From positions 8,251-72,250 of the forward strand of contig VGEO01000006.1 of assembly GCA_016869275.1 (NCBI GenBank): DNA of 64,000 bases, read 5' to 3'. Of this stretch, positions 28,711 through 37,195 are shown piece by piece. Source of the DNA: Alphaproteobacteria bacterium. Lineage in GTDB: Bacteria; Pseudomonadota; Alphaproteobacteria; SHVV01. Position 1 is the stretch's first letter, and every line of letters starts with the position of its first letter. Both the position numbers and the translations under genes were made by a program. A model generated the notes under the pieces. That model ran no database searches. It was not told where the DNA came from and saw only the letters and a list, made by a program, of their open reading frames with translations.

Positions 28711-29328
28711 ATGGCAACCAAGACGACGACGTTTTCACCGCGGGGCCGCGCCTTCGCCCGCACGATCGCGGCGGCCCGGCGGCGGCAGCCGCGCTTGCCC
28801 CGACCGGGGCCGTTCGGGGTCTGGGCCGAGGACGACGGCGAATCGTGCTGGCTTCCGGCCCCGTGCGGCGGCTACATGACGCTCAAACTCTCGCCCGACA
28901 CGTTTCCGACCCAGAACTACATGGCCGCCGTCCAGGTGATCGAGCCGGGCGGCACGCTTCCCGACCACGGCCACGGCGCCCAGGACGAGTTCTTGTTCGT
29001 CTACCGGGGCCGCGGCACCGTTTTCATCGACGGCGCGCCGCACCCGATCGGCCCGGGTTCGCTGGTCTATGTCGGTAAGCACCGGAAACACGGCTTCGTC
29101 AATTCCGGCCGCACGCCGATGAAGATTTTCTTCTTGTGCGTACCGTCGGCCGGCGTCGAGCACTTGATGCGGGCGGTCGGCCAGCGGCGCCAACCCGGCG
29201 CAAAGCCGCCCCGCCGCTTCCCCCACCCCGCCAACACCGCGCGCATTCTCGACCGCTACGCGTATTCGCACCCGCGCCAGATGGTCGCCGGCGGCACCGG
29301 CGAGAAATACCCGGGCCGCGAGCCATGA
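28711..29328 (+). CDS. Cupin-domain protein (possible metal-dependent dioxygenase)
   Basis: 205-aa ORF. Cupin motif 1 is PDHGHGAQDEFLFVYRGRG and motif 2 is GPGSLVYVGKHRKHGFVN. The start could be further downstream. Confidence 0.75.
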   Translation: MATKTTTFSPRGRAFARTIAAARRRQPRLPRPGPFGVWAEDDGESCWLPAPCGGYMTLKLSPDTFPTQNYMAAVQVIEPGGTLPDHGHGAQDEFLFVYRGRGTVFIDGAPHPIGPGSLVYVGKHRKHGFVNSGRTPMKIFFLCVPSAGVEHLMRAVGQRRQPGAKPPRRFPHPANTARILDRYAYSHPRQMVAGGTGEKYPGREP

Positions 29329-30452
29329 CCGGGCGGCGCTGGCTCAACTCAGCCGACTCGCACGTCAACGAGCCGCCCGATCTATGGGAGAAAGCGCTCG
29401 GCCGACGCTTCGGCGACGCGGTGCCGCGCGTGATCGAACCCAAGGGCGGCGCCAGATCGGCCTCGGTCGTCGGCGGCGGGCGCGTCTATTTCACCGGCGA
29501 GGATTACATCCCGGTCGGCGAACTCGTGCTCGGCGATCCGGTGCTCGAAAAAGTGCGCCGCACCAATGTCGATCCCGCGTTCCGCGCGGCTTGCATGGAC
29601 GAGGACGGGGTGTGGGGCGAGCTCCTGTTCCCGACCAAGGCGATGATGATCTTCCCGCTCGCCGACGCCGAACTCTCGCGCGCCTGCCTCGCCGTCTACA
29701 ACGACTGGCTCCACGAGTATTGCCAAGGCGCGCCGACGCGTTTGTTCGGCGCCGCGCTCATCAACACCGAGAACGTCGAGCGCGCGATCGCCGAGATCGA
29801 GCGCAACGCCAAGCGCGGCTTCCGCGCCGCCATGATCAACGGCGACGTGCGGCCCGAATGGGGCGCCTACCGCGACGCCAAGTACGACAAGTTGTGGGCG
29901 CGCGCCGAGGAAATGGCGATTCCGGTCTGCCTCCACATCTCGACCGGGATGAAGAAAGACATCTTTCTCTTCACCGGACCCAAGCTCGGCGACGCTGCCA
30001 AGGGCTACCTCGACTTGATGGCCGAGGCCGGCGAGGTGCTGGCGAACGAGTTCATTTTCGGCGGCATCCTCGATCGGTTCCCGCGGCTCAAGCTGTTCCT
30101 GGTCGAGTACGAAGCGTCGTGGCTGCCGCACTGGCTATTCCGCACCGAGCAGGTCGCCGACGACTTCGGCCCCAACATCGGCGTGGTAAAACCGAAGCGC
30201 CCGATCCGGCGCTACCTCGACCAGATCTACGTCGGCGTGATCGACGATCCGTTCGTCCGCCACGTGTCGGATGCGATGGACCCGGCGCGGCTGGTGTGGG
30301 GCTCGGACTACCCCCATGTCCGCAACACGTTCGGTAAATCGCACGCGACGGTCGCGCGCATCTTCGGCCACCTCCCGCCGGCGACGATCGATGCCATCGC
30401 GGTGGACAATGCGGCGTCGCTCTTCAAGATCGCGATGCCGACGGCCGTGTAG
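29325..30452 (+). CDS. Amidohydrolase-2 family protein, paralog 4 (most divergent)
   Basis: Track ORF 29136-30452. The homologous start MTGRRWLNSADSHVNEP is at ATG 29325 and overlaps the cupin stop as ATGA. Contains VEYEASWLPHWLFRTE and WGSDYPHVRN. Confidence 0.88.
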   Translation: MTGRRWLNSADSHVNEPPDLWEKALGRRFGDAVPRVIEPKGGARSASVVGGGRVYFTGEDYIPVGELVLGDPVLEKVRRTNVDPAFRAACMDEDGVWGELLFPTKAMMIFPLADAELSRACLAVYNDWLHEYCQGAPTRLFGAALINTENVERAIAEIERNAKRGFRAAMINGDVRPEWGAYRDAKYDKLWARAEEMAIPVCLHISTGMKKDIFLFTGPKLGDAAKGYLDLMAEAGEVLANEFIFGGILDRFPRLKLFLVEYEASWLPHWLFRTEQVADDFGPNIGVVKPKRPIRRYLDQIYVGVIDDPFVRHVSDAMDPARLVWGSDYPHVRNTFGKSHATVARIFGHLPPATIDAIAVDNAASLFKIAMPTAV

Positions 30453-31235
30453 CTATTCGAGCGCGAGTTCGACGCGGCCGATCGATCCGAAATCGGCGAC
30501 CACCCGGTCGCCGGCGCGCGCGATCACGATGTCCGAGCATGCCCCGGTCGTGACGTAGTCGCCGGCGGCGAGCCCCATACGTCGGCTCGGCAGGTCGTTG
30601 GCGAGCCAGGTGAGCGCCGTCAACGGATCGCCCATGACGTTGGCGCCGACCCCCTGCCCCACGGCCTCTCCATTGACCGACGTCGCCGCCTCGGCCCGCG
30701 CTAGGTCGAGATTCTGCCACTCGACGCAGGGGGCGCCATAAACCCAGTGGCTGCCGAGCGCGTTGTCGGCGATCGCCTGCGACGCGCCGCAGGTAGTCCA
30801 GTCGGCGAAGCGGGTGTCGACGATTTCGATCGCCGGCACCAGGATGTCGATGGCGTCGATCACCTGGTCGCGCGCGTAGGGCGCTCCGGTCGCGGGCAGA
30901 TCTTTGGCCATCCGAAACGCAAACTCGGTCTCGATGCCGACGCGGAACAGCGAGCTCACGGTAAGCGTCGCCGGACTGGGGAACACCCGGTCCGCGATCA
31001 GCCGCCCGCTCGCCGGCTCGTCGATCTTGAGCTTCTTCTGGATCGCTGGGTTGGTGAACGCGATCTTGTACCCGACCGGCTTACCGAGCAGCGCGACGAA
31101 GCGATCCTGGATCGCATAGGCCTCGAACGGCGAATCGGGCCGGCAGTCCTCCGGCAGTTCGAGCAGCGCTTTCTTTTGCCGGAGCGCCGCGTAAAGCATG
31201 GCGGCAGCTTTTCCGATCGCGATCGTCTTCAACAT
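30453..31235 (-). CDS. 2-keto-4-pentenoate hydratase / 4-oxalocrotonate decarboxylase family (MhpD-like, FAH fold)
   Basis: 260-aa ORF: AYAIQDRFVALLGKPVGYKIAFTNPAIQKKL ... GIETEFAF ... IEIVDTRF ... GDYVTTG. Confidence 0.8.
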   Translation of the reverse strand: MLKTIAIGKAAAMLYAALRQKKALLELPEDCRPDSPFEAYAIQDRFVALLGKPVGYKIAFTNPAIQKKLKIDEPASGRLIADRVFPSPATLTVSSLFRVGIETEFAFRMAKDLPATGAPYARDQVIDAIDILVPAIEIVDTRFADWTTCGASQAIADNALGSHWVYGAPCVEWQNLDLARAEAATSVNGEAVGQGVGANVMGDPLTALTWLANDLPSRRMGLAAGDYVTTGACSDIVIARAGDRVVADFGSIGRVELALE

Positions 31236-32842
31236 TCCAGACTCCCGACTAGGCGCTGCGCAGTTCCCGCGGCGATCGCGCGAACCTTGGCCTTGTCGAC
31301 TTTGCCGACCGGGCTTACCGGCAGGCGGTCGACGAAACTCCAGCCCTTGGGTTGCTTATAGCCCGAGAGCGCCCGGCGGCAATGCGCTTTGACGTTTTGC
31401 GCGGCATCCGCCGGCGCGCCCGGCACGAGCGCAACCACGGCGTGGACGCGCTCGCCCCACTCGGCATCGGCGAGTCCGACGACGCACGCATCGGCGACGC
31501 CGGCGACGCTCCGGATCACGTCCTCGATCTCGTTTGGGACGATATTGACCCCACCCGAAATGATGATCTCCTTCTTGCGACCGACCAGGAAAATGGTGCC
31601 GTCGTCGTCGGTCTTGGCGAGGTCGCCGGAATGGAACCAACCGCCGGCCAACGCGGCGGCCGTCTGCTCGGGTTTGTTCCAATAGCCGAGCATCAACTGA
31701 TCGCCGCGGTAGCAGAGCTCGCCGACCTCGCCCGGCGGCAACGGCGCGCCGCGCTCGTCCAGGATCGCGATGGTGATACCCGGCACCGGCAGCCCGACCG
31801 CGTCGGCCTTGGCCGCCAGGTCGCGCAGCTCCGAGAGCGCGATCACGGTCGAGGTGACTTCGGTTTGGCCGACCACATTGATGACGCGAGCGCGGCGGAA
31901 GAGGCGCTTCATCTCTTCACGCAAGGTCGGGTCGAGTGGCGCGCCGGCCGAGATGATGAAGCGCACGGCATCAAACCGGGCATCGGAGCCGCCGGCCTCG
32001 GCAATGCGGTCGACGATCCGGCGCGACATCGTCGGCACGAACCAGGTGAACGAAACCCGGCCCGACGCTAGTTCGGCGATCGCCGGATCGGTCTCGAACT
32101 CGCGCATGACGTGGACGGTGAGGCCGTAACGCAGAAACGCCATCGACAGCGCCCAGCCGCCGCCATGATAAAGCGGCGTCGATTGCAAATAGGAATCGGT
32201 GCGCCCGAACCCGAGCGGCGCCAGCGCCGCGAGCTGGTTGTCGGCGAGCGCGACGTAATTGGCCTGCGCTTGGACGACGCCCTTGGGCCGTCCCGTCGTC
32301 CCGCCCGTATACATGATGTAAGCCGGCGCCCACTCGTCCAAGTCGAGATCGGGCGCTTCGGCCGGGCCGGTGCCCACCAGGCGAGCGAGATCGTCATCGC
32401 CGCGCTCGTCGCCATAGGTGATGACGCGCCGCCCCGTCGTCAGCCGTCGATCGAGCGTCGGCGCGAGTTCGGTCGCGACCGCGATCAACGCGGGCGTGCA
32501 ATCGTCCAGCACGAAGGCGAGCTCGTCAGCATTGGCGCGGTAATTGAGCGGCACGGTGACGGCGCCGATCCGGCTAGCCGCGTAATAGAGCGTCAGCGTG
32601 TCGAGATAGTTGCGCCCAAGGAGCCCCATGCGCGCGCCTGGCGCGAGGCCGTAGCGGGCGCGCAAACCCTGCGCGACCCAGTTCACGCGGCGCTCGAATT
32701 CGGCGAAGGTCCACGCCCGATCGAGGACGACGTCGCGAACCGCGATCTTGCGCGAAAAGTTGATCGCGTTCCGCGTCAAGTCCTCGCCGACCAGTCGCCG
32801 TCTTGCGATTCGCTTGAAACTCGGGCGGTCGAACAAGTCCAT
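31229..32842 (-). CDS. AMP-dependent acyl-CoA synthetase/ligase
   Basis: 537-aa ORF with AMP-binding motifs YTGGTTGRPKGV, GYWNKPEQT, WFHSGDLA and GRKKEIIISGGVNIVP. Its stop overlaps the hydratase start by 7 nt. Confidence 0.92.
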   Translation of the reverse strand: MDLFDRPSFKRIARRRLVGEDLTRNAINFSRKIAVRDVVLDRAWTFAEFERRVNWVAQGLRARYGLAPGARMGLLGRNYLDTLTLYYAASRIGAVTVPLNYRANADELAFVLDDCTPALIAVATELAPTLDRRLTTGRRVITYGDERGDDDLARLVGTGPAEAPDLDLDEWAPAYIMYTGGTTGRPKGVVQAQANYVALADNQLAALAPLGFGRTDSYLQSTPLYHGGGWALSMAFLRYGLTVHVMREFETDPAIAELASGRVSFTWFVPTMSRRIVDRIAEAGGSDARFDAVRFIISAGAPLDPTLREEMKRLFRRARVINVVGQTEVTSTVIALSELRDLAAKADAVGLPVPGITIAILDERGAPLPPGEVGELCYRGDQLMLGYWNKPEQTAAALAGGWFHSGDLAKTDDDGTIFLVGRKKEIIISGGVNIVPNEIEDVIRSVAGVADACVVGLADAEWGERVHAVVALVPGAPADAAQNVKAHCRRALSGYKQPKGWSFVDRLPVSPVGKVDKAKVRAIAAGTAQRLVGSLEC

Positions 32843-32854
32843 CGCCTCTGCCCG

Positions 32855-33871
32855 TCACGAGCGCCCGCGCCGGTAGAGCGCGTCGCGCGCGCGTTCGGCG
32901 AGGTCGGTGCGCGCGGCGTCGTCGGGGCCCGATGCGGCCGGCGCTCCGTCGAGCACGCTTTCGCGCCGGAGATACGGGTAGGGCTTGGTCCGGACTTGGC
33001 TCGCAAAATGATTGGCGAGCGTCCCGGCGCGCCGGGCGCGGAGCGCCGCCAAGTCGATCTCGGCGTAGGCGAAGCCCTCACCCGGGCTTTCGTTGGCGGC
33101 GAGCACGACCCCCTTGGAATCGATCGCGTACGAGCCGCCGCGCCACCCGAACGGCGGAAACGCGGCGGCGCTGGCGCCCTGGTTCGCGAACACGCCGTAG
33201 ACGCCGTTCTCGAGGCAGCGCACGCGGCAGAGCGCGCGCCACGGATCGTCGGGCCCGGAGTCCTGCAACGGATGCATGAGCGCCGCCGGACTGGCGATCA
33301 CCTCGGCGCCGCGAAGCGCCAGCTCGCGCCAGAGCTCGGGGAAATAGCTGTCGTAGCAGGTCGTGACGCCGAGCCGACCGCACGGGAGGTCGAGGCAGAC
33401 GATCGGGTCTTGCGCGGCCAAGCCGGCGACATCGGCCGGACTCGAAAACGGCTCGATCGGAAGCCAAGGGTTGAGCTTCCGATACTTCGCGATCAGGCCC
33501 GACGGGCCGACGACCGGCGCCGTGTTGAAGAGATGATCGGGGTACGCCGGGTCGCGCTCGATCACGGTGCCGGCGACGATCGTGCAGTCGTGCTCGGCCG
33601 CGATCTTGCCGAGGGCGGCGTCGATTGGTCCCGGCAGCGGGACCGCGACCGCATGCGCGTTGATCTCGGCGACGCTCCGGTACGGCACGCCCTGAAACGC
33701 GAATTCGGGCAGCACTACGAGCTTGATCGGCGCGCCGAACGGCCGGTGCGCGGCGAGCCCGCGTCGCAGCAGGCGCCCGGTGCGCTCGAGATTGGTGGCG
33801 ATGTCGGCCGGCGCGCGGGCGATCGGGTTGGCGGTCTGGACCGCGAGCGCGGCGTAGCGGTCGAGGGTCAT
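32855..33871 (-). CDS. Carbon-nitrogen hydrolase (nitrilase superfamily)
   Basis: 338-aa ORF with candidate Glu-Lys-Cys triad contexts VVLPEFAF, AKYRKLNPW and GVTTCYDSYFPE. Confidence 0.85.
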   Translation of the reverse strand: MTLDRYAALAVQTANPIARAPADIATNLERTGRLLRRGLAAHRPFGAPIKLVVLPEFAFQGVPYRSVAEINAHAVAVPLPGPIDAALGKIAAEHDCTIVAGTVIERDPAYPDHLFNTAPVVGPSGLIAKYRKLNPWLPIEPFSSPADVAGLAAQDPIVCLDLPCGRLGVTTCYDSYFPELWRELALRGAEVIASPAALMHPLQDSGPDDPWRALCRVRCLENGVYGVFANQGASAAAFPPFGWRGGSYAIDSKGVVLAANESPGEGFAYAEIDLAALRARRAGTLANHFASQVRTKPYPYLRRESVLDGAPAASGPDDAARTDLAERARDALYRRGRS

Positions 33872-34857
33872 GCCGGCGTCCGTCCGACCCAGCGTTCGAG
33901 GCCGCCCAAGCCCAAGCGCCAGCGACCGCCCTGCTCGAGCCCGGCGAGCACGCCGGAGGGCGGTTCGGCGAGCATCGCCGCCGCGTCCGCGACCCAGGCG
34001 TAGGGTACGTCGTGCGCGGCAAAGGCGCGCTCGATCTCGGCCGCCGGCCGGCGGCCGACCGCCGCTGCGACCGCCGCGTGCGAGGCGAGCCCGTCGAGCC
34101 CGAGCGCCGCGGCGAGCTGGCGCTGGAACTTGGGCTCGCGCACACCGAGCGACACCAGCTGATGATCAGACGTTTCGTAGAAGCCGTAGCCGGGCGGCGC
34201 CACGAAGGTGCGGAACGCGTCGGTATCGCGGGCGCGGCGCGCGGCCAGCGCGCGCGGCAGGTGCCAAGATTGAACGACCGACATCAAGTCGATCTCGATA
34301 TGGGCCCGCCTGGGACTGCCGGGCGTCAGCAGCGCGGCTTGGATCGCGAACGCGCACGCCATGCCGGCGGCGAAATTCGAAACCTGAACGCCCCAGTAAA
34401 CCGGCCGGCCGTCGCGATCGACGGCGACGGCAGCGGCCCCGGCCGCGGCCATGTAGTTGATGTCGTGCCCGGGCCGGTCGGCGAGCGGGCCGTCGGGGTA
34501 ACCGCGGAGCGAAGCGACCACGAGCGGGTCCCGCACCCGCCACAGCGCCGCCGGCGCGAGCCCGAGCTTGGCGGCCGCTTGCGGCCTGAAACTTTCGACC
34601 AGCGCGTCGGCTTCTTTGAGCACGGCTTCGAACCGCGCGTGTCCCGCGTCGCGCTTGAGGTCGACCTGTTCGATCTCCTTACCGGCGTTGGCGGCCTCGT
34701 AAAGCTCGGGATCGAGCGTCCGCAAGATATCGCCGCCGGGTGGCTCGAGTTTGATCACGCGCCAGCCGGTTTGCACCAGGAGCCGGGTGCAGTAGGCACC
34801 CGGCAAGAGCGTGGTCAGGTCGAGGATCGTCGGCGGCACCATGCGCCCGTCGGCCAC
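33868..34857 (-). CDS. Alpha-methylacyl-CoA racemase-like member of the family III CoA-transferase fold (short; catalytic Asp position is Asn)
   Basis: 329-aa ORF. It has the racemase-type GHDINYMAAAG motif, and VQVSNFAAG stands where racemases have GDFGGG and the transferase at 12678 has SIVDLMTG. Also contains YGFYETSDHQLVSLGVREPKFQRQLAAALGL. Confidence 0.8.
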   Translation of the reverse strand: MADGRMVPPTILDLTTLLPGAYCTRLLVQTGWRVIKLEPPGGDILRTLDPELYEAANAGKEIEQVDLKRDAGHARFEAVLKEADALVESFRPQAAAKLGLAPAALWRVRDPLVVASLRGYPDGPLADRPGHDINYMAAAGAAAVAVDRDGRPVYWGVQVSNFAAGMACAFAIQAALLTPGSPRRAHIEIDLMSVVQSWHLPRALAARRARDTDAFRTFVAPPGYGFYETSDHQLVSLGVREPKFQRQLAAALGLDGLASHAAVAAAVGRRPAAEIERAFAAHDVPYAWVADAAAMLAEPPSGVLAGLEQGGRWRLGLGGLERWVGRTPA

Positions 34858-34860
34858 CGG

Positions 34861-35604
34861 CTAGGGCGCGTAGGCTTCGCGCAGGCCCCGATATGGATCG
34901 GGCAGCGTGAGCGGTTTCAAGTCGCCGATCTCCTTCTCCATCACGTCGGCGAACCGGCGCCGGACCTCGCGATTCGAAAGATTCTTGATGCCGAGATCGA
35001 GGTACTTCTGCTCGTTGGACGAGTCGGGCCGCCCGAACATGTCGGTCGAGAGCGGCATCCATTTGTCGAGCGCGCGCTGTAGCTCCTCGACACGTCCCTG
35101 TTTGAGCAGTCTCGGCACGCGGCGGCGGCCGAGCGCCGAGTGGACTTCGCCTTCGTCGTAGGCGCTCCGGCACGACCAGTCGGCGAGCGGCAAATATGTC
35201 GAGGTCGCGGTGCCGAGCGCCTGGATCGCACCGGCCCGTTCGGCCACCATCCGGTAGATGCAGAGCTCTTCCCAGGTATCGATGGTGACGTGAAAAATAT
35301 CGAGCTTGCGCTGGCCGTGCTCGGGCCCACGCTGCGCTTCCTCGATCAGCGGATCGGGGTCGTATCCGATCGCCCGGAGGATGTCGGCGACGCCTTTGCC
35401 GTGGCGCATCTCGTCGGCGAAGGCGAGCGCTTCTTCGATCCGCTCTTCGGCGCTGGGCGCGCGGGTCAGCCACGGCACCATGATCGGGGTCGCGTATTCC
35501 GACGACATCTGCACCGTCAGCATCTTGACGAGCATCGTCCGGTATTCGTCCGACATCTGGTCGGGCGACACCATCGTTCGCGCGCGGTTGCTGGCTGGCG
35601 TCAT
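34861..35604 (-). CDS. PaaA/PaaC-family ferritin-like di-iron protein (PaaA-like), stand-alone
   Basis: Track ORF 34861-35676. I prefer ATG 35604 (MTPASNR...). It is collinear by eye with E. coli PaaA: SSEY, ADEMRHG (ExxH), MVAERAG, YDEGEVH, and the C-terminal NREVRRRFADVMEKEIGDL...LPDP. Confidence 0.75.
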   Translation of the reverse strand: MTPASNRARTMVSPDQMSDEYRTMLVKMLTVQMSSEYATPIMVPWLTRAPSAEERIEEALAFADEMRHGKGVADILRAIGYDPDPLIEEAQRGPEHGQRKLDIFHVTIDTWEELCIYRMVAERAGAIQALGTATSTYLPLADWSCRSAYDEGEVHSALGRRRVPRLLKQGRVEELQRALDKWMPLSTDMFGRPDSSNEQKYLDLGIKNLSNREVRRRFADVMEKEIGDLKPLTLPDPYRGLREAYAP

Positions 35605-35855
35605 CGCATCCTCGTTTCGCTGATGTCGATGTTTACCCCCGGACAGCGGTTGCCGTCGAGGGTGCGCCCTATTCACCGAACCGGAACTCCGTTCGTGCCG
35701 CGCTGGCGCGCGTCCGGGCTCGATTGACTCGCTGTTTTTTCTCGTGCATCAATCGTCGACGTACATCGGTCGGCACCGACTCCGCATGCCCGCAGCGGGA
35801 GCGTGGCGGTGCGAGTGCCGGCCCGGCGTTTGGGAGATACCTCGAGGAGGAAAAA

Positions 35856-37094
35856 ATGATGAACGCCCGTTCCCTGTGGCGAACCGGTCTGGCCGCGACC
35901 GTGCTCGCATCGTTGACCCTGGTGGCGGCACCGGCATCGGCGCAGCAGGGGGTCAGCGCGACCGAAATCAAGATCGGCGGCTTCGGCGCCATCACCGGCC
36001 CGATCGCTTTCATCGGCGCCGCCAGCCGCGACGGCATGCAGCTCGCGGTCGACCAGATCAACGCCAACGGCGGCATCAACGGCCGCAAGCTGCGCCTGAT
36101 CTACGAGGCCGGCGGAACGCCGGCCGAGTTCCAGGCCGCGGCGCGCAAGCTGGTCGAGCAGGATCAGGTGTTTGCGGTCATGATCGGCTCGGGCTCGACC
36201 GGGGCCGCGGCGGCCGCCGACTACCTGCGCGAGAAAAAGATCCCGACCTACGCGCTCACGGTGGCGGTCCCCAAGTACTACGATCCGTTCGCGCCGAACA
36301 TGCTTTCGGGCACGGTGCCGCACGCGAAGTTCCTGGCCGAGTCGATGTTCCGGCTCACCAACTCGTGGGGCACGCCCAAGAACGTCGCCCTCGTGGTGAC
36401 GCGCCTCGCTTATCACAAGTCGGTCGCCGATAGCTTGAAGCCCAAAATCGAAGCGGCGAAGATTCCGCTCTCGGTGGTCGAGGAAATCGACTCCGGCGCG
36501 CGCGATATGACCGCGCCGCTGGTGGCGATCGCCAAGGCCAAACCCGACGTCGTCGTGCTCGCGGCCGACGCGGCCGAGGCCGGTTTCATCATCAAGCAGG
36601 CGCCTGAAAAAGGCGTCCGCGGCGTCAAGTGGGTGATCGCCGGCTCGGCTGCGACCGACGCGTTCGCGCCGATCGTCGGCAAGCTCGGCGAAGGCGTCCG
36701 CTCGGAGTGGTTCTTCCCCTACTACTTCGGCGAGGACAAGATCGAGATGCAGAAGTTCGAAAAGGCGTGGAAGGCGGCCTACGTCAACCCGCCGCCGCAA
36801 CGCCCGAACCTCTACGACTTGTCGGGCTACAACAGCATGATGATGATGGGTGTGGCCTTGAAACGCGCCGGGCAGAACCCGACCTGGGACAACGTGATCG
36901 CCGCGTTCCAGTCGTTCCGCAACGTCCGCGCGTCGGAACTCGGATCGTGGGCGGCGGATATCTCGACGCCGGAAACGTTCGGGCCCAAGGACATCCAGGG
37001 CAACGACCGCATGTATCAGGTCGAGCTCAAGAACGGTAAGTGGGTGGTGCGGCCCGGCGCCGAATACGTGTTCGACGTCGGCGGCAGCAGCTGA
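35856..37094 (+). CDS. LivK-type substrate-binding protein (SBP-4, divergent from SBP-1 to SBP-3)
   Basis: Track ORF 35724-37094. ATG 35856 follows GAGGAGG. It has the signal peptide MMNARSLWRTGLAATVLASLTLVAAPASAQQ followed by IKIGGFGAITGPIAFIG. Confidence 0.9.
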   Translation: MMNARSLWRTGLAATVLASLTLVAAPASAQQGVSATEIKIGGFGAITGPIAFIGAASRDGMQLAVDQINANGGINGRKLRLIYEAGGTPAEFQAAARKLVEQDQVFAVMIGSGSTGAAAAADYLREKKIPTYALTVAVPKYYDPFAPNMLSGTVPHAKFLAESMFRLTNSWGTPKNVALVVTRLAYHKSVADSLKPKIEAAKIPLSVVEEIDSGARDMTAPLVAIAKAKPDVVVLAADAAEAGFIIKQAPEKGVRGVKWVIAGSAATDAFAPIVGKLGEGVRSEWFFPYYFGEDKIEMQKFEKAWKAAYVNPPPQRPNLYDLSGYNSMMMMGVALKRAGQNPTWDNVIAAFQSFRNVRASELGSWAADISTPETFGPKDIQGNDRMYQVELKNGKWVVRPGAEYVFDVGGSS

Positions 37095-37116
37095 CCCGTT
37101 CCGGCCGTGTGACGAG

Positions 37117-37145
37117 GGCCCTCTACCCCGCCCGGGGAGAGGGCC
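37117..37145 (+). other. GC-rich stem-loop between the SBP-4 and permease genes
   Basis: GGCCCTCT-A-CCCC-GCCC-GGGG-AGAGGGCC. The outer 8-bp arms are 37117-37124 and 37138-37145, with an inner CCCC/GGGG pair. It lies 23 nt after the SBP-4 stop and has no T-tract. Confidence 0.5.
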
Positions 37146-37195
37146 TTCGCATGCGGTAAGGAGCGCGGTCTCGTCTCCTCGTCGCGGCGGACTCG

